Assembly (NCBI GenBank): GCA_035701785.1
Contig: DASSRN010000602.1
Coordinates: 1 to 38,140 of the forward strand
Direction: 5' to 3'
Origin: Acetobacteraceae bacterium
GTDB taxonomy: Bacteria; Pseudomonadota; Alphaproteobacteria; Acetobacterales; Acetobacteraceae
Length of the DNA stretch: 38,140 nt
Below the pieces are notes generated by a model, which was not told the origin of the DNA, did not search any database, and worked only from the letters and a program-made list of their open reading frames with translations. The position numbers and the translations under genes are program-made. Of this stretch, positions 15,984-25,108 are shown one piece after another (within the stretch, counting starts at the first letter, position 1; every line of letters starts with the position of its first letter).

Positions 15984-17393
15984 TTGACCGGTGATCCTGA
16001 TGCCGGTGCTCGCGAGGCACTGCGGCTGATCGGTCCCGACCCGCAGAACTGGGTGCCGGACCGTCCCGGCATCGACCACAACGTCGTCGTGGTCGGCGGC
16101 GGGCAGACCGGCAGCGCCTTCGCTTTCGCACTGCGCCGCGCCGGAATTGGCCGGGTGTCGGTGATTGATGCCGCCGAAGACGAGAGGCGGGCAGGGGTGT
16201 GGCTGAACGCCGCGCGCATGAACCTGCTGCGTACGCCTAAAAGCCTGACGGGCCCGGAGATCGCTAACCCCGCGCTGAGCTTCCAGGCATACTACGAGGC
16301 GCGCCACGGCGCCGAGGCGTATTCCGCGATCGACCGGATCCCGCGCACCGACTGGGCAGCGTATCTGAGCTGGTTCCGCCAGTTCCTCGGCATCGCGATC
16401 CGCTACCGTACCCGGCTGCTGCGGATCGAGCCCGCGGACGGTCATTTCCGACTGCATCTGGATGCCGGCGGCGAGCCTCGCATGGAGACGACACGCAAGG
16501 TCATCCTGTGCACCGGCTTCACCGGCAATGGCGGCCCTTACGTGCCGCCGCTCATCACGGACCGACTGCCGCGGGCACTTTATGCGCATACCGAGAGCGC
16601 CATCGACTTCGGCGCATTGCGTGGGCGGCATGTGGCGGTGCTGGGAGCGGCGGCTTCGGCGTTCGACACGGCAGGCGTGGCGCTCGAGCAAGGTGCCGCG
16701 TCGGTGCGACTGTTCGCGCGGCGCCCCGAGATCGCCGCAGTACCGATCACCCGCTCACGCGGCTTCCCGGGTGCCTACGACAACTACTTCGCCCTGCCGG
16801 ATGCGATCCGCTGGCAGCAGGCGCTCAGATTCCGCCGCTGGGGCTCTACGCCGACGATCGATGCGATCGAACGCACCGTCGCGTTTCCGAACTTCCACCT
16901 CCATCTCGCGTCGCCATGGGAGCAGGTGACTGCCGAAAACGGCGGCGTGGTGCTGCGCGCGGCGGGCAACGAGTACCACTGCGATTTCGTCATTGTCGGC
17001 ACCGGCTACTTTGTGGATCTGGCGGCGCGGCCTGAACTGGCGGACTTCCACGACAAGGTGCTGCTGTGGCGCGACCGGTTCACGCCCGCGGTTGGCGACG
17101 AGGACGAATTTCTTGGCGCTCACCCGTATCTCGGCGCCGGCCACGAATACCTGGAGAAGACGCCCGGTGGCGCGCCCTACCTGCGCGACATCCACGTGCA
17201 GAACCCTGCGGGGTTTGTCAGCTTTGGCCTGCCAATCGGCGACGTGCCCAGCATGAAACGCGACATCCCGACGGTCGTGGCGCGCATCAGCCACGATCTG
17301 TTTCTGGCGGACGCCGCGCAGCATGAGCGACGTATGATCGGCGACGTGCCGGCAGATTTCGCACCGGCGCTCTACGCCTCGGCGGTTCGCTAA
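15984..17393 (+). CDS. FAD/NAD(P)-binding oxidoreductase (flavin monooxygenase-like, two dinucleotide-binding motifs)
   Basis: VVVVGGGQTGSAFA and VAVLGAAASAFD are Rossmann motifs. The start is uncertain: TTG 15984 has no good RBS, and GTG 16053 is 9 codons before the first GxGxxG. Confidence 0.8.
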   Translation: MTGDPDAGAREALRLIGPDPQNWVPDRPGIDHNVVVVGGGQTGSAFAFALRRAGIGRVSVIDAAEDERRAGVWLNAARMNLLRTPKSLTGPEIANPALSFQAYYEARHGAEAYSAIDRIPRTDWAAYLSWFRQFLGIAIRYRTRLLRIEPADGHFRLHLDAGGEPRMETTRKVILCTGFTGNGGPYVPPLITDRLPRALYAHTESAIDFGALRGRHVAVLGAAASAFDTAGVALEQGAASVRLFARRPEIAAVPITRSRGFPGAYDNYFALPDAIRWQQALRFRRWGSTPTIDAIERTVAFPNFHLHLASPWEQVTAENGGVVLRAAGNEYHCDFVIVGTGYFVDLAARPELADFHDKVLLWRDRFTPAVGDEDEFLGAHPYLGAGHEYLEKTPGGAPYLRDIHVQNPAGFVSFGLPIGDVPSMKRDIPTVVARISHDLFLADAAQHERRMIGDVPADFAPALYASAVR

Positions 17394-17734
17394 AGAAGGC
17401 GTTCGGCGGCCTGCATAGCGTGGTGAACAACGCTGGTAGCTACATCCCGAAGCCGGTGCTGGAGAGGTTCGGGCGGCGGGTCGATCGTCAACACCTCTTC
17501 GGTTGCCGGCCTGCGTGGCTCGCTCGGTCCCATCGCCTGCGGTGCCACCAAGTGAGCGCTGCGCGGCATGACCAAGGCGGCGGCACTCGACCTCGCGCCG
17601 CTATGCCACTGATCCCGATGAAGCGCATGGGTACGGCGGAAGAGGTGGCGAAGCTTGTACTGCTCCTGCTGTCGGACGAGAGCGCCTGCATCACGGACGC
17701 CGAAGTCGCGATCCACGGGGTTGCCACGCTGTAG
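17393..17734 (+). pseudogene. Decayed short-chain dehydrogenase/reductase (SDR) remnant
   Basis: Three frames each carry part of the SDR. The first reads KKAFGGLHSVVNNAGS. The second reads GGGSIVNTSSVAGLRGSLGPIACGATK-TGA-ALRGMTKAAALDLAP. The third reads PMKRMGTAEEVAKLVLLLLSDESACITDAEV. The N-terminal Rossmann part is missing, the catalytic Tyr is replaced by Cys, and there are internal deletions and a premature stop. Confidence 0.75.
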
Positions 17735-17746
17735 CGAGGCAAGGCC

Positions 17747-18241
17747 CTATTGGTCGTCAAGCTGCTCCGACAAGATCTTGGGCCGGTCCGCTGGCACCAT
17801 GCGGCAATCTGCCGTGACACGACCGCCATAGCGCGTCCAAATCTGAGTCTGTCCGAGCAGCGGCACCAGCACGTACCCGCGCAGCCGCAGTCGGCTCCGA
17901 TCATCGATTGACAGCCGGGTGCTGTAGGTCTGGCCGTCCTCGGGGTTGGTGATCTTGCCGTTCCACTCGTTCGGACCGGTTTCGGCTACACCCCGGATGA
18001 TCTCGAGGCCGCAGCGCGAGTTCCCATTCACGTCCTTGGGCAAGGGACCGCCCGTAGCCGCCGCGGCCATTCCGACGATGCGGCCGCAATACAGCGAGCC
18101 GCAGGGTTCGATGTCGATCACTCCACCGCCGTCCTCGGTGAGCCAGGCGCCCTCGATCGGTGCCGGAAGTCCTGCTGCCAGCGTGAACGCCGAAAAGAGC
18201 GCCGCCGTTGCGACCGTGCATCTCCTCCTCGACCGGATCAC
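17747..18241 (-). CDS. DUF2147 domain protein, secreted
   Basis: GAWLTEDGGGVIDIEPCGSLYCGRIV...NGNSRCGLEII...WNGKITNPEDGQTYSTRLS...LRLRGY matches the DUF2147 pattern. The GTG start at 18239..18241 overlaps the upstream stop (GTGA) and gives the signal-like VIRSRRRCTVATAALFSAFTLAAG. Confidence 0.78.
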   Translation of the reverse strand: MIRSRRRCTVATAALFSAFTLAAGLPAPIEGAWLTEDGGGVIDIEPCGSLYCGRIVGMAAAATGGPLPKDVNGNSRCGLEIIRGVAETGPNEWNGKITNPEDGQTYSTRLSIDDRSRLRLRGYVLVPLLGQTQIWTRYGGRVTADCRMVPADRPKILSEQLDDQ

Positions 18242-19281
18242 GTTGCCGCCTCGAGGCCTCCACGCACGAGCCGGATGAACCCGTCCACCGCGGCCGGGTC
18301 CATCCACCGCATCGCCGCGACCAGATCATTCTCCGGATCCACCCAGGTTATGTTGCCGCCGGCGCCGGAAGCGAAAAAGCTGGCCTCGTTGGCACTCGCA
18401 TAGCGTCTCCGCCCGGTGTTGAGCCACCATAGCAGCCCGTAGTTTGGGTTAAGCGGGCAGGGTCGCAGCGACTCGTCGATCCATCCCTCTGGCAGGAGCC
18501 GACGTCCGTGCCACAAGCCCCGCCGCAGCATCAGTTCACCGATCAGCGCCTGGTCCTCGGCGTGGATCTCGATGCCGCCACCCCAGTGGCTGCCGCCCGA
18601 CACCGACTCGATCATGCGCCCGTCGACTGCCACCATCGATGTGCGGTAGCCGTGCCAGCGCCACTCGCCCGACGCGCCGATCGGCCGCATGATCCTCTCG
18701 GCGAACACCTCGGGCAGCGGCCGGCGGAAGCGTTGCAGCAGCGCCAACGCCAGCCGGTTCACCCGCACGTCGTTGTACTCCCAGAAGGTGCCCGCGGGGC
18801 ACAGCGGCCGCGCAGCGCCCTTGCGACCTTTGCCCTCCACCGCAAGATTGCGGTTGCGGTCAACGATGTCGGATTTGCCGAACAGCGTGCCTTCCCACTC
18901 GGAAGTCTGCTGCAGCAGGTGTCGCCAGGTGATCGCGCCGTTATGCGGTCCGTCAAATCCGCCGTCCTGCACCGTGCGCCCGACCAACTCGTCGAGGTCC
19001 ACGATCAGCCCGTCCGCCACTGCGACGCCTGCCAGCAGGCTCAGGTAGCTCTTGGCGACCGAGAAAGTGAAGTCCACCTGCCCCGTATTACCCCACTGCG
19101 CCAGCACGTCGCCGCCGCGCAGGATCAGACCGTTCGGCGCGCCCCGGGAGCGAATCGGTCCCAGGATCTCGTTGTCCGGCGGCGGCTCGAAGAAGCCCGA
19201 TTCCAGGTGCGCCCGCAGGTCGCGCGGCCAGGGCGTCTCGTGCGCCTGAGCATAACGCACTGCTTCTTGTAGCGCCGCCAT
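18238..19281 (-). CDS. Serine hydrolase of the beta-lactamase / PBP4*-like family
   Basis: SVAKSY (SxxK) lies in the expected N-terminal position. ATG 19279..19281 is preceded by AAGGGAAGGA. No signal peptide seen. Confidence 0.8.
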   Translation of the reverse strand: MAALQEAVRYAQAHETPWPRDLRAHLESGFFEPPPDNEILGPIRSRGAPNGLILRGGDVLAQWGNTGQVDFTFSVAKSYLSLLAGVAVADGLIVDLDELVGRTVQDGGFDGPHNGAITWRHLLQQTSEWEGTLFGKSDIVDRNRNLAVEGKGRKGAARPLCPAGTFWEYNDVRVNRLALALLQRFRRPLPEVFAERIMRPIGASGEWRWHGYRTSMVAVDGRMIESVSGGSHWGGGIEIHAEDQALIGELMLRRGLWHGRRLLPEGWIDESLRPCPLNPNYGLLWWLNTGRRRYASANEASFFASGAGGNITWVDPENDLVAAMRWMDPAAVDGFIRLVRGGLEAAT

Positions 19282-19403
19282 AGCAAGTCCTTCCCTTATC
19301 ACCGCGGCGTGATATCACAGCGTCGCCCAGGCGCGCATACTGCCGCCGGGCGCCCAGCGCGGGTTGAACCGGGCGGGCGGGGCATTGGGACCGGGAGACG
19401 CGC

Positions 19404-20108
19404 GTGGCACGGCTCGAGCGCAACGTTAAACGTGCAGCCCTATTGGCAAGCCCTCTGTTCGCCGCCATGCGGCCCGAGGAACTCGACGAGATCCTCAACT
19501 TCTCATCCGAGCGTCGGGTGCGCCGTAACCAGACGATCTTCCAGCGCGGCGACAATGGATCGTCGATGATGGCGGTGCTGCGCGGCCGGGTGCGGATCAG
19601 CACCGTCTCCGGCGACGGCAAGGAAGTGACGCTGAACACCATCAACCAGGGCGAGATCTTTGGCGAGATCGCGCTGCTGGATGGCGAACCGCGCAGCGCG
19701 GATGCGACCGCGACCGAGGACACCACGCTGCTCGTGGTCGAACGCCGTAATTTCCTGCCCTTCTTGCGGCAGAACGAGGATCTCTTCCTGCGCCTGCTCG
19801 CCGTGCTGTGCCGGCGGCTGCGTCGTACTTCGATGGCGCTCGAGGACATTGCACTGTTCGACCTGCCGGTGCGGTTGGGCCGGGTGCTGCTGAAGCTGGC
19901 CGAGGACTATGGCCGGCCTGGCAATGACGGCACACGCATCGATCTGAAGCTGTCGCAGCGCGACCTCAGCAACCTGGTCGCCTCGTCGCGCGAGAGCGTC
20001 AACAAGCAGCTTCGGCTGTGGCGCGAAGAGGGCCTCGTGGACCTTGAGGATGGCTTCGTCATACTGCGGCGCCCTGTGGCGCTTCGCGATCTGACAGGCA
20101 GCCGATAA
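19404..20108 (+). CDS. Crp/Fnr family transcriptional regulator (cNMP-binding domain plus HTH)
   Basis: The cNMP-binding pattern is IFQRGDNGSSMMAVLRGRVRI...GEIFGEIALLDGEPRSADATA. The C-terminal HTH is LSQRDLSNLVASSRESVNKQL. GTG start with GGGAGA upstream. Confidence 0.9.
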   Translation: MARLERNVKRAALLASPLFAAMRPEELDEILNFSSERRVRRNQTIFQRGDNGSSMMAVLRGRVRISTVSGDGKEVTLNTINQGEIFGEIALLDGEPRSADATATEDTTLLVVERRNFLPFLRQNEDLFLRLLAVLCRRLRRTSMALEDIALFDLPVRLGRVLLKLAEDYGRPGNDGTRIDLKLSQRDLSNLVASSRESVNKQLRLWREEGLVDLEDGFVILRRPVALRDLTGSR

Positions 20109-22943
20109 CTAAGCGGTTGCGTGCTGGTGTGACATCCAGTCAGCGAGCAGGGAGACGTCCTCTGCGAGGATGTCGGGCAGGGCGGCCAGCAGTGGCGCTG
20201 TCGGTCTGCCTGCCGACAGCAGTGATTCCACATCGGCGGCGGTCTGGCCAACGCGCAGCAGCCCCACACTGCGGGCGGCGCTGGCCAGAGTATGCACCTC
20301 GCGCAGCAGCGCCCGGTCCTCGACGCGGATCGCCAGCTCCAGGCGGTTCATCATGCGCGGTGCCTCATCCAGGAAGAGTTGCACCACATCCAAGGCGTTC
20401 GCGAAGCCGATGTCGTCGGCCAGCCGCGACAGCACCGCTTCATCCAGCTGCGGACAGCAATCAGCCTTCGCTTCTCCCCTGCAGGTCGTCGTCACGTCGT
20501 CGATAGCCTCTGCGAGACGTTCGGCGGTCACCGGCTTGCTGACAAAGCCGTCCATGCCAGCCTCGCGGCAGGCTGCTTCCCGGCTGCGTTCGGCGTTCGC
20601 AGTCAGGCCCACAATCGGCGTCCGCGACGTGTGGCCCGGCAGGTCCCGGATCAGCCGCGTCGCTGTGAGCCCGTCCATTTCCGGCATCATCACGTCCATC
20701 AGCACGAGGTCGTAGGGCATCGTCTGCACTGTCTCCACCGCCTCCGAGCCATCGGCGACAGCATCCACGCGATGCCCCATGCGCTCCAGCATCCGCGACG
20801 CGATCAGGCGATTGGTGGCATTGTCCTCGACCAGCAGGATGTGCAGCCGCCGTGCTGGCTGCCTTGTCCGCCACACCGCCTGCTCTTCCACGAAGAGGAT
20901 GGGTGCCGGCCGCAACGCCACGCCAAAGTGGAACGTGCTTCCCTGCCCCGGCGTGCTCTCGACCGACAGCAGTCCACCCATGCGCTCGACCAGCCTCCGG
21001 CTGATCACCAGCCCCAGCCCACTGCCGCCGAACCGTCGCGAGATGGAGCCGTCCACCTGGCTGAACTCGTGGAACAGCCGCGGCAGCGCTTCAGCAGGGA
21101 TGCCGATCCCGGTATCGCGCACCGCCACCTCGATGCGCACAACATCGGTCTCGCATGCCGCGCACGACACCGCCATATCGATGCTCCCCTGTTCGGTGAA
21201 CTTCACCGCGTTCCCGACCAGGTTGAGCAGCACCTGCCGCAGCCGCCCCGGATCGCCGATGGCGCGTGCCGGCACGTCCTCGGCGACGCGCAACGTTAGC
21301 GCCAGGCCTTTCGCCCGCGCCGACGTCGCGCACATCTCAACCGACCCAGTGAACGTCGCGCGCAGGTCGAATTCGACCTCCTCCAGTTCCATGCACGACG
21401 CATCGAGCCGGGAGAAATCCAGGATATCGTTGACCAGCTGAAGCAGGTGGTCGCCCGAGTGGCGGATGACCTCGACGTAGTGCTGATCTTCGGGGTCGAG
21501 CCGGCGATCCAGCAGTAGCGCCGCGGCGCCGATGATGCCGTTCAGTGGCGTGCGGATCTCGTGGCTCATCACCGTCAGGAACTGTGCCCGCGCCTGTCCA
21601 GCGGCCTCGGCGGCGTCGCGCGCGGCGGCAAGATCGTGCTCGTTGTGCTTGCGTTCGGTGATATCCGTGTAGGTGCGTACCGCGCCACCATTCGGCAGGA
21701 GTGCTGTGCGCACCTCCAGCACCGTGCCGTTCGGACGCACGCGCTCGTAGACCGACACCTTATTGCCTAGCCCATACCGGTCGTGCACGGCATCGATCTC
21801 GACGCCCGTCGGAAGATCGGGCGCAAACTCGCCATGCTCGACCTGCCAGCGGACGATCGTCCCGAAGTCCATGCCCTCATGCAGCAGTGCCGCCGGCAGC
21901 CCGAGCAGCTCGCCGACCCGGCGATTGATCACCGCAACCTGCTGGTCGCGATCGACCATGATGATGCCCTGCCGCATGTTCTCCAGCGTCACGGTCAGCG
22001 CACCCTGGTAGCGTGCCAGGCGACGGCGATGGCTTGCCATGAGCATTCCGACGGCGACGACCAGCGCGGACAGCGCGATGCCCCCTATGATGTACTGCAG
22101 CCGGTGTAGCCGGTACAGTGCGAACACATCGTTTGTGTCGTAGCCGACCGAGACGACCAGCGGGTAGTCGACCAGGCGACGATAGCTGATGAAGGACGGC
22201 CGCCCGGTCATCGCCGCAGCCGACACCTGATAGTCGCCGCTGCTGCTCTGCGCCGCGCGCTCAAGCAGTGGCGAGTTGGTCAGCGGCTTGCCGACCAGTT
22301 CCGGCAGTGGCCGGCCCGCCCGCACGTAGCCGTCGAGTCCGACGAGCATGAGAAACCCGTCGCCCAGCTGCAACGACTCATAGAAGCGCGCGAGATAGTG
22401 CGGATCGAGCGACGCGACCACCACACCCAGGAACTCGCCTTCCCGGCCCGTGATGCGACGGGTGAACTGCACCGAGTGGCGGCCGGAGACGCGGCCCAGC
22501 ACCGGACGGCTGATGAACAGCCGATCCTGCGCCGCGTTGACGTGGATGCGGAAGTGCTCGCGGTCGCTGAGGTCGACGGGAACCTGGCCGAGATTGCTCT
22601 GGACCAGCATGCCGGTGGCGTCGATCAGCGACAGCTGAAAGGTCTGGTCGTTGATGAACGGCCGGTCGCGTGTCCAGCTGCTGAGGTCGAAGCGCGACGG
22701 GTCGCGCGCATAGGAATCGCGGATGAACAGCAGCACCTGGTCGATCGCACTGATCGAGCGGACGATGTTCTCCTCGAAGGCCAGAGCCAGGTTGCGGGCC
22801 TCTTTAATAGCATCGCGCTCAGTCGCGATGTGCTCCTGGCGCAGCTGCAGCCAGATCGCTCCCCAGATAAGTGCCAGCACGTAACCCAGCAGCAGAACCT
22901 GTACGACCGACCGAATGATCCAGCCGGGTCGGTGTGCGCTCAT
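20109..22943 (-). CDS. Hybrid sensor histidine kinase (TM / Cache-like / TM / PAS / HisKA / HATPase / REC / Hpt)
   Basis: [12 protein letters not shown] is the H-box. DTGIGIP and [13 protein letters not shown] are the G-boxes. [11 protein letters not shown]...[13 protein letters not shown] is the REC domain. The C-terminal [13 protein letters not shown] is Hpt. Confidence 0.93.
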   Translation of the reverse strand: MSAHRPGWIIRSVVQVLLLGYVLALIWGAIWLQLRQEHIATERDAIKEARNLALAFEENIVRSISAIDQVLLFIRDSYARDPSRFDLSSWTRDRPFINDQTFQLSLIDATGMLVQSNLGQVPVDLSDREHFRIHVNAAQDRLFISRPVLGRVSGRHSVQFTRRITGREGEFLGVVVASLDPHYLARFYESLQLGDGFLMLVGLDGYVRAGRPLPELVGKPLTNSPLLERAAQSSSGDYQVSAAAMTGRPSFISYRRLVDYPLVVSVGYDTNDVFALYRLHRLQYIIGGIALSALVVAVGMLMASHRRRLARYQGALTVTLENMRQGIIMVDRDQQVAVINRRVGELLGLPAALLHEGMDFGTIVRWQVEHGEFAPDLPTGVEIDAVHDRYGLGNKVSVYERVRPNGTVLEVRTALLPNGGAVRTYTDITERKHNEHDLAAARDAAEAAGQARAQFLTVMSHEIRTPLNGIIGAAALLLDRRLDPEDQHYVEVIRHSGDHLLQLVNDILDFSRLDASCMELEEVEFDLRATFTGSVEMCATSARAKGLALTLRVAEDVPARAIGDPGRLRQVLLNLVGNAVKFTEQGSIDMAVSCAACETDVVRIEVAVRDTGIGIPAEALPRLFHEFSQVDGSISRRFGGSGLGLVISRRLVERMGGLLSVESTPGQGSTFHFGVALRPAPILFVEEQAVWRTRQPARRLHILLVEDNATNRLIASRMLERMGHRVDAVADGSEAVETVQTMPYDLVLMDVMMPEMDGLTATRLIRDLPGHTSRTPIVGLTANAERSREAACREAGMDGFVSKPVTAERLAEAIDDVTTTCRGEAKADCCPQLDEAVLSRLADDIGFANALDVVQLFLDEAPRMMNRLELAIRVEDRALLREVHTLASAARSVGLLRVGQTAADVESLLSAGRPTAPLLAALPDILAEDVSLLADWMSHQHATA

Positions 22944-24133
22944 GCCGGCACCGTATGATGCTCAAGCCAGTCGTGCAGCTCGCTTTCCGACATCGGCCGT
23001 CCGAACCGCCAGCCCTGCCCGACATGGCAGCCAGCAGCGCGCAGCCGTTCAATGACCGAGTCCGTTTCCACACCTTCAGCGACCACGGACAGGCCCAGCC
23101 CGCGCGCCAGCGAGATGGTCGCGCGGATGATCTTCCACGCCTCTTCATCCGTCTCGCACGATGCGATGAAGGACCGGTCGATCTTCAGCTCGGTGAACGG
23201 CAGCCGCAGTAGCGTCAGCAGCGACGAATAGCCAGTACCGAAGTCGTCCATCGACAGGCCGATGCCCTTGATGCGCAGCCGGGTCAGCACCTCGATCGCC
23301 GGCAGTGGATTGGCAATGAAGGTCGATTCCGTGACTTCGGCGATCACCGCGCCTGGCGCCAGCGCGTGCGCTACCAGCAATGCCTCGATCTCGTCGGGCA
23401 AATCGGGCTCGGTCAACACCAGTGGAGAAATGTTCACCGCCACGCCGCACGAAGGATGGCGGGTCCGCCAGCGCTGGCAGGCGGCGAGCGAGTCGGCCAG
23501 GACGCTGCGCGTGAGTGGAATGATCAGCCCGGTCTGCTCGGCCAGTGGGATGAAGACGTCAGGCGGTACCTGGCCATGCAGCGGATGGCGCCAGCGCGCC
23601 AGGGCTTCGACACCCACCGGCTTGCCGTTGGCCAGCGTCACCTTCGGCTGGAAGGCGGTGACGATGTCGTGCTGCTCGATCGCGTTGCGCAGTTCCGCCT
23701 CGGTCGGCTGGGTGCCGGTCACCAGCTTATGGTGCGGACGCAATGGCAGCGGCGCATCCAGCAGCGCCCGCAACGCCGTCGGGCCGACCGGCTTCGGCAG
23801 AGCGCCCGCGACGCGCAGACCAAGCTCGCTGGCAAAGCGGATGCAGGCGGCGCGCACCCGATCATCGAGCCGCGTGATGAAGATCACCACCGGATCCGAC
23901 TGTCCCGACGCGATCTGTCGCAGCAGGCTGATGCCCTCTCGTTCGCCCAGCGACAGGTCCAGTACCACAACATCATATGCCTGCGTGGCGAGCCGGGCAG
24001 TAGCATCGTCCAGCGAAGCCGCACTCTCGGCGTCGAAGCCGCACGAAGCCATCGCGCGCGTGATGATCAGGCACTGGACGGGTTCGTCATCCACCACCAG
24101 GAGGCGACGAACGGGATCGGTCTGCGTGTTCAT
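22940..24133 (-). CDS. Response regulator with EAL output domain (REC-EAL)
   Basis: MNTQTDPVRRLLVVDDEP...YDVVVLDLSLG is the REC domain. VEALARW and DDFGTGYSSL mark the EAL domain. The stop overlaps the kinase start as ATGA (22940..22943). The upstream 113 codons of the track ORF are discarded. Confidence 0.9.
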   Translation of the reverse strand: MNTQTDPVRRLLVVDDEPVQCLIITRAMASCGFDAESAASLDDATARLATQAYDVVVLDLSLGEREGISLLRQIASGQSDPVVIFITRLDDRVRAACIRFASELGLRVAGALPKPVGPTALRALLDAPLPLRPHHKLVTGTQPTEAELRNAIEQHDIVTAFQPKVTLANGKPVGVEALARWRHPLHGQVPPDVFIPLAEQTGLIIPLTRSVLADSLAACQRWRTRHPSCGVAVNISPLVLTEPDLPDEIEALLVAHALAPGAVIAEVTESTFIANPLPAIEVLTRLRIKGIGLSMDDFGTGYSSLLTLLRLPFTELKIDRSFIASCETDEEAWKIIRATISLARGLGLSVVAEGVETDSVIERLRAAGCHVGQGWRFGRPMSESELHDWLEHHTVPA

Positions 24134-24244
24134 CTGGGTCCGCTGCGCCAGAGGTCTGGCCGGCAACCATGCGCTCTGGCAATGAAGAAGCCGTGAAGCG
24201 ACGGAGATTGACACGACGCGGTGCAACTCGGTCTTGTGCCGCCT

Positions 24245-25108
24245 ATGCGCATGGCTTCCTGCGTTGGCGCGATTCTGGCCCTGCTGCTGGTCCGGGCGGC
24301 GGCCGCCGACGGACCGGTGCAGAACCGATTCTTCCTCACCAGCGACGGCGTACGGCTGCACTACCTGGAAGCAGGTCCGCGCTCCGGTCATACCATCGTG
24401 TTTGTACCGGGCTGGACCATGCCGGCTTGGATTTGGCAGCCGCAGATCGCTGCTTTCGCATCGCGTTATCACGTCGTCGCATTCGATCCGCGCGGCCAGG
24501 GCGAGTCGGATGCACCCGCATCAGGTTATGAACCGGGTCGCCGCGGCCAGGACATCGCCGAACTGATCGCGAGCCTGGAGCCGGTACCGGTGCTGCTGGT
24601 CGGCTGGTCACTTGGCGTGCTCGACACGCTCGCCTATGTGCGCTCGTTCGGCGACGAGAAGGTGGCCGGCCTCGTGCTGGTGGATAATTCGGTCGGCGAA
24701 GAACCACCGCCCCCGCCCCATCCGCCACGCCGCCGCTCTCCGGTGCTGCCGCATGCCATCGCGATGCACCGGTTCGTACTCGGCATGTTCCATCACCCGC
24801 CATCCGACGGCTACGTCGACCGCCTTACCGAGGCGACCTTGCGCACGCCGGAGTTCGCCAGCCGCGCGCTGCTGTCCTACCCATTGCCTCGTACCTACTG
24901 GCGTGACGCGGTGTATTCGACCAGCCGCCCGGTGCTGTACGTCGTGCGCCCAGGCTGGCTGTCGGAACAGGCGGCCAATCTGGCGCGCAACCGACCGGGC
25001 ACGCAGATCGCGGTCTTCGCCGATGCCGGCCACGCGTTGTTCGTCGACGACGCCGCACGGTTCAACACGCTGCTCGCAGGCTTCCTCGTCCGGAACGTCT
25101 GGCCGTGA
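24245..25108 (+). CDS. Alpha/beta hydrolase with signal peptide
   Basis: MRMASCVGAILALLLVRAAAADG is the signal. HTIVFVPGW and the nucleophile elbow GWSLGV are present, plus a C-terminal GHALF-type His. The stop overlaps the next start as GTGA. Confidence 0.85.
   Translation: MRMASCVGAILALLLVRAAAADGPVQNRFFLTSDGVRLHYLEAGPRSGHTIVFVPGWTMPAWIWQPQIAAFASRYHVVAFDPRGQGESDAPASGYEPGRRGQDIAELIASLEPVPVLLVGWSLGVLDTLAYVRSFGDEKVAGLVLVDNSVGEEPPPPPHPPRRRSPVLPHAIAMHRFVLGMFHHPPSDGYVDRLTEATLRTPEFASRALLSYPLPRTYWRDAVYSTSRPVLYVVRPGWLSEQAANLARNRPGTQIAVFADAGHALFVDDAARFNTLLAGFLVRNVWP

Noticed and set aside
15837-16691. N-terminal 285-codon extension of track ORF 15108..16691 (527 aa)
   Set aside because: The extension is Arg/Ala-rich and has no domain signature. 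It lies antisense to the well-supported flavoprotein gene (15984..17393). The SBP-fold homology begins only at MSQSVV (15836). This is a typical GC-rich shadow ORF.
24134-24472. Upstream 113 codons of track ORF 22940..24472, and likewise 27051..27554 of ORF 27051..28433
   Set aside because: The REC domain starts at MNTQTD (24133) and the PCMT-like protein at 27555. The extensions overlap neighbouring genes or the intergenic promoter region and carry no motifs.
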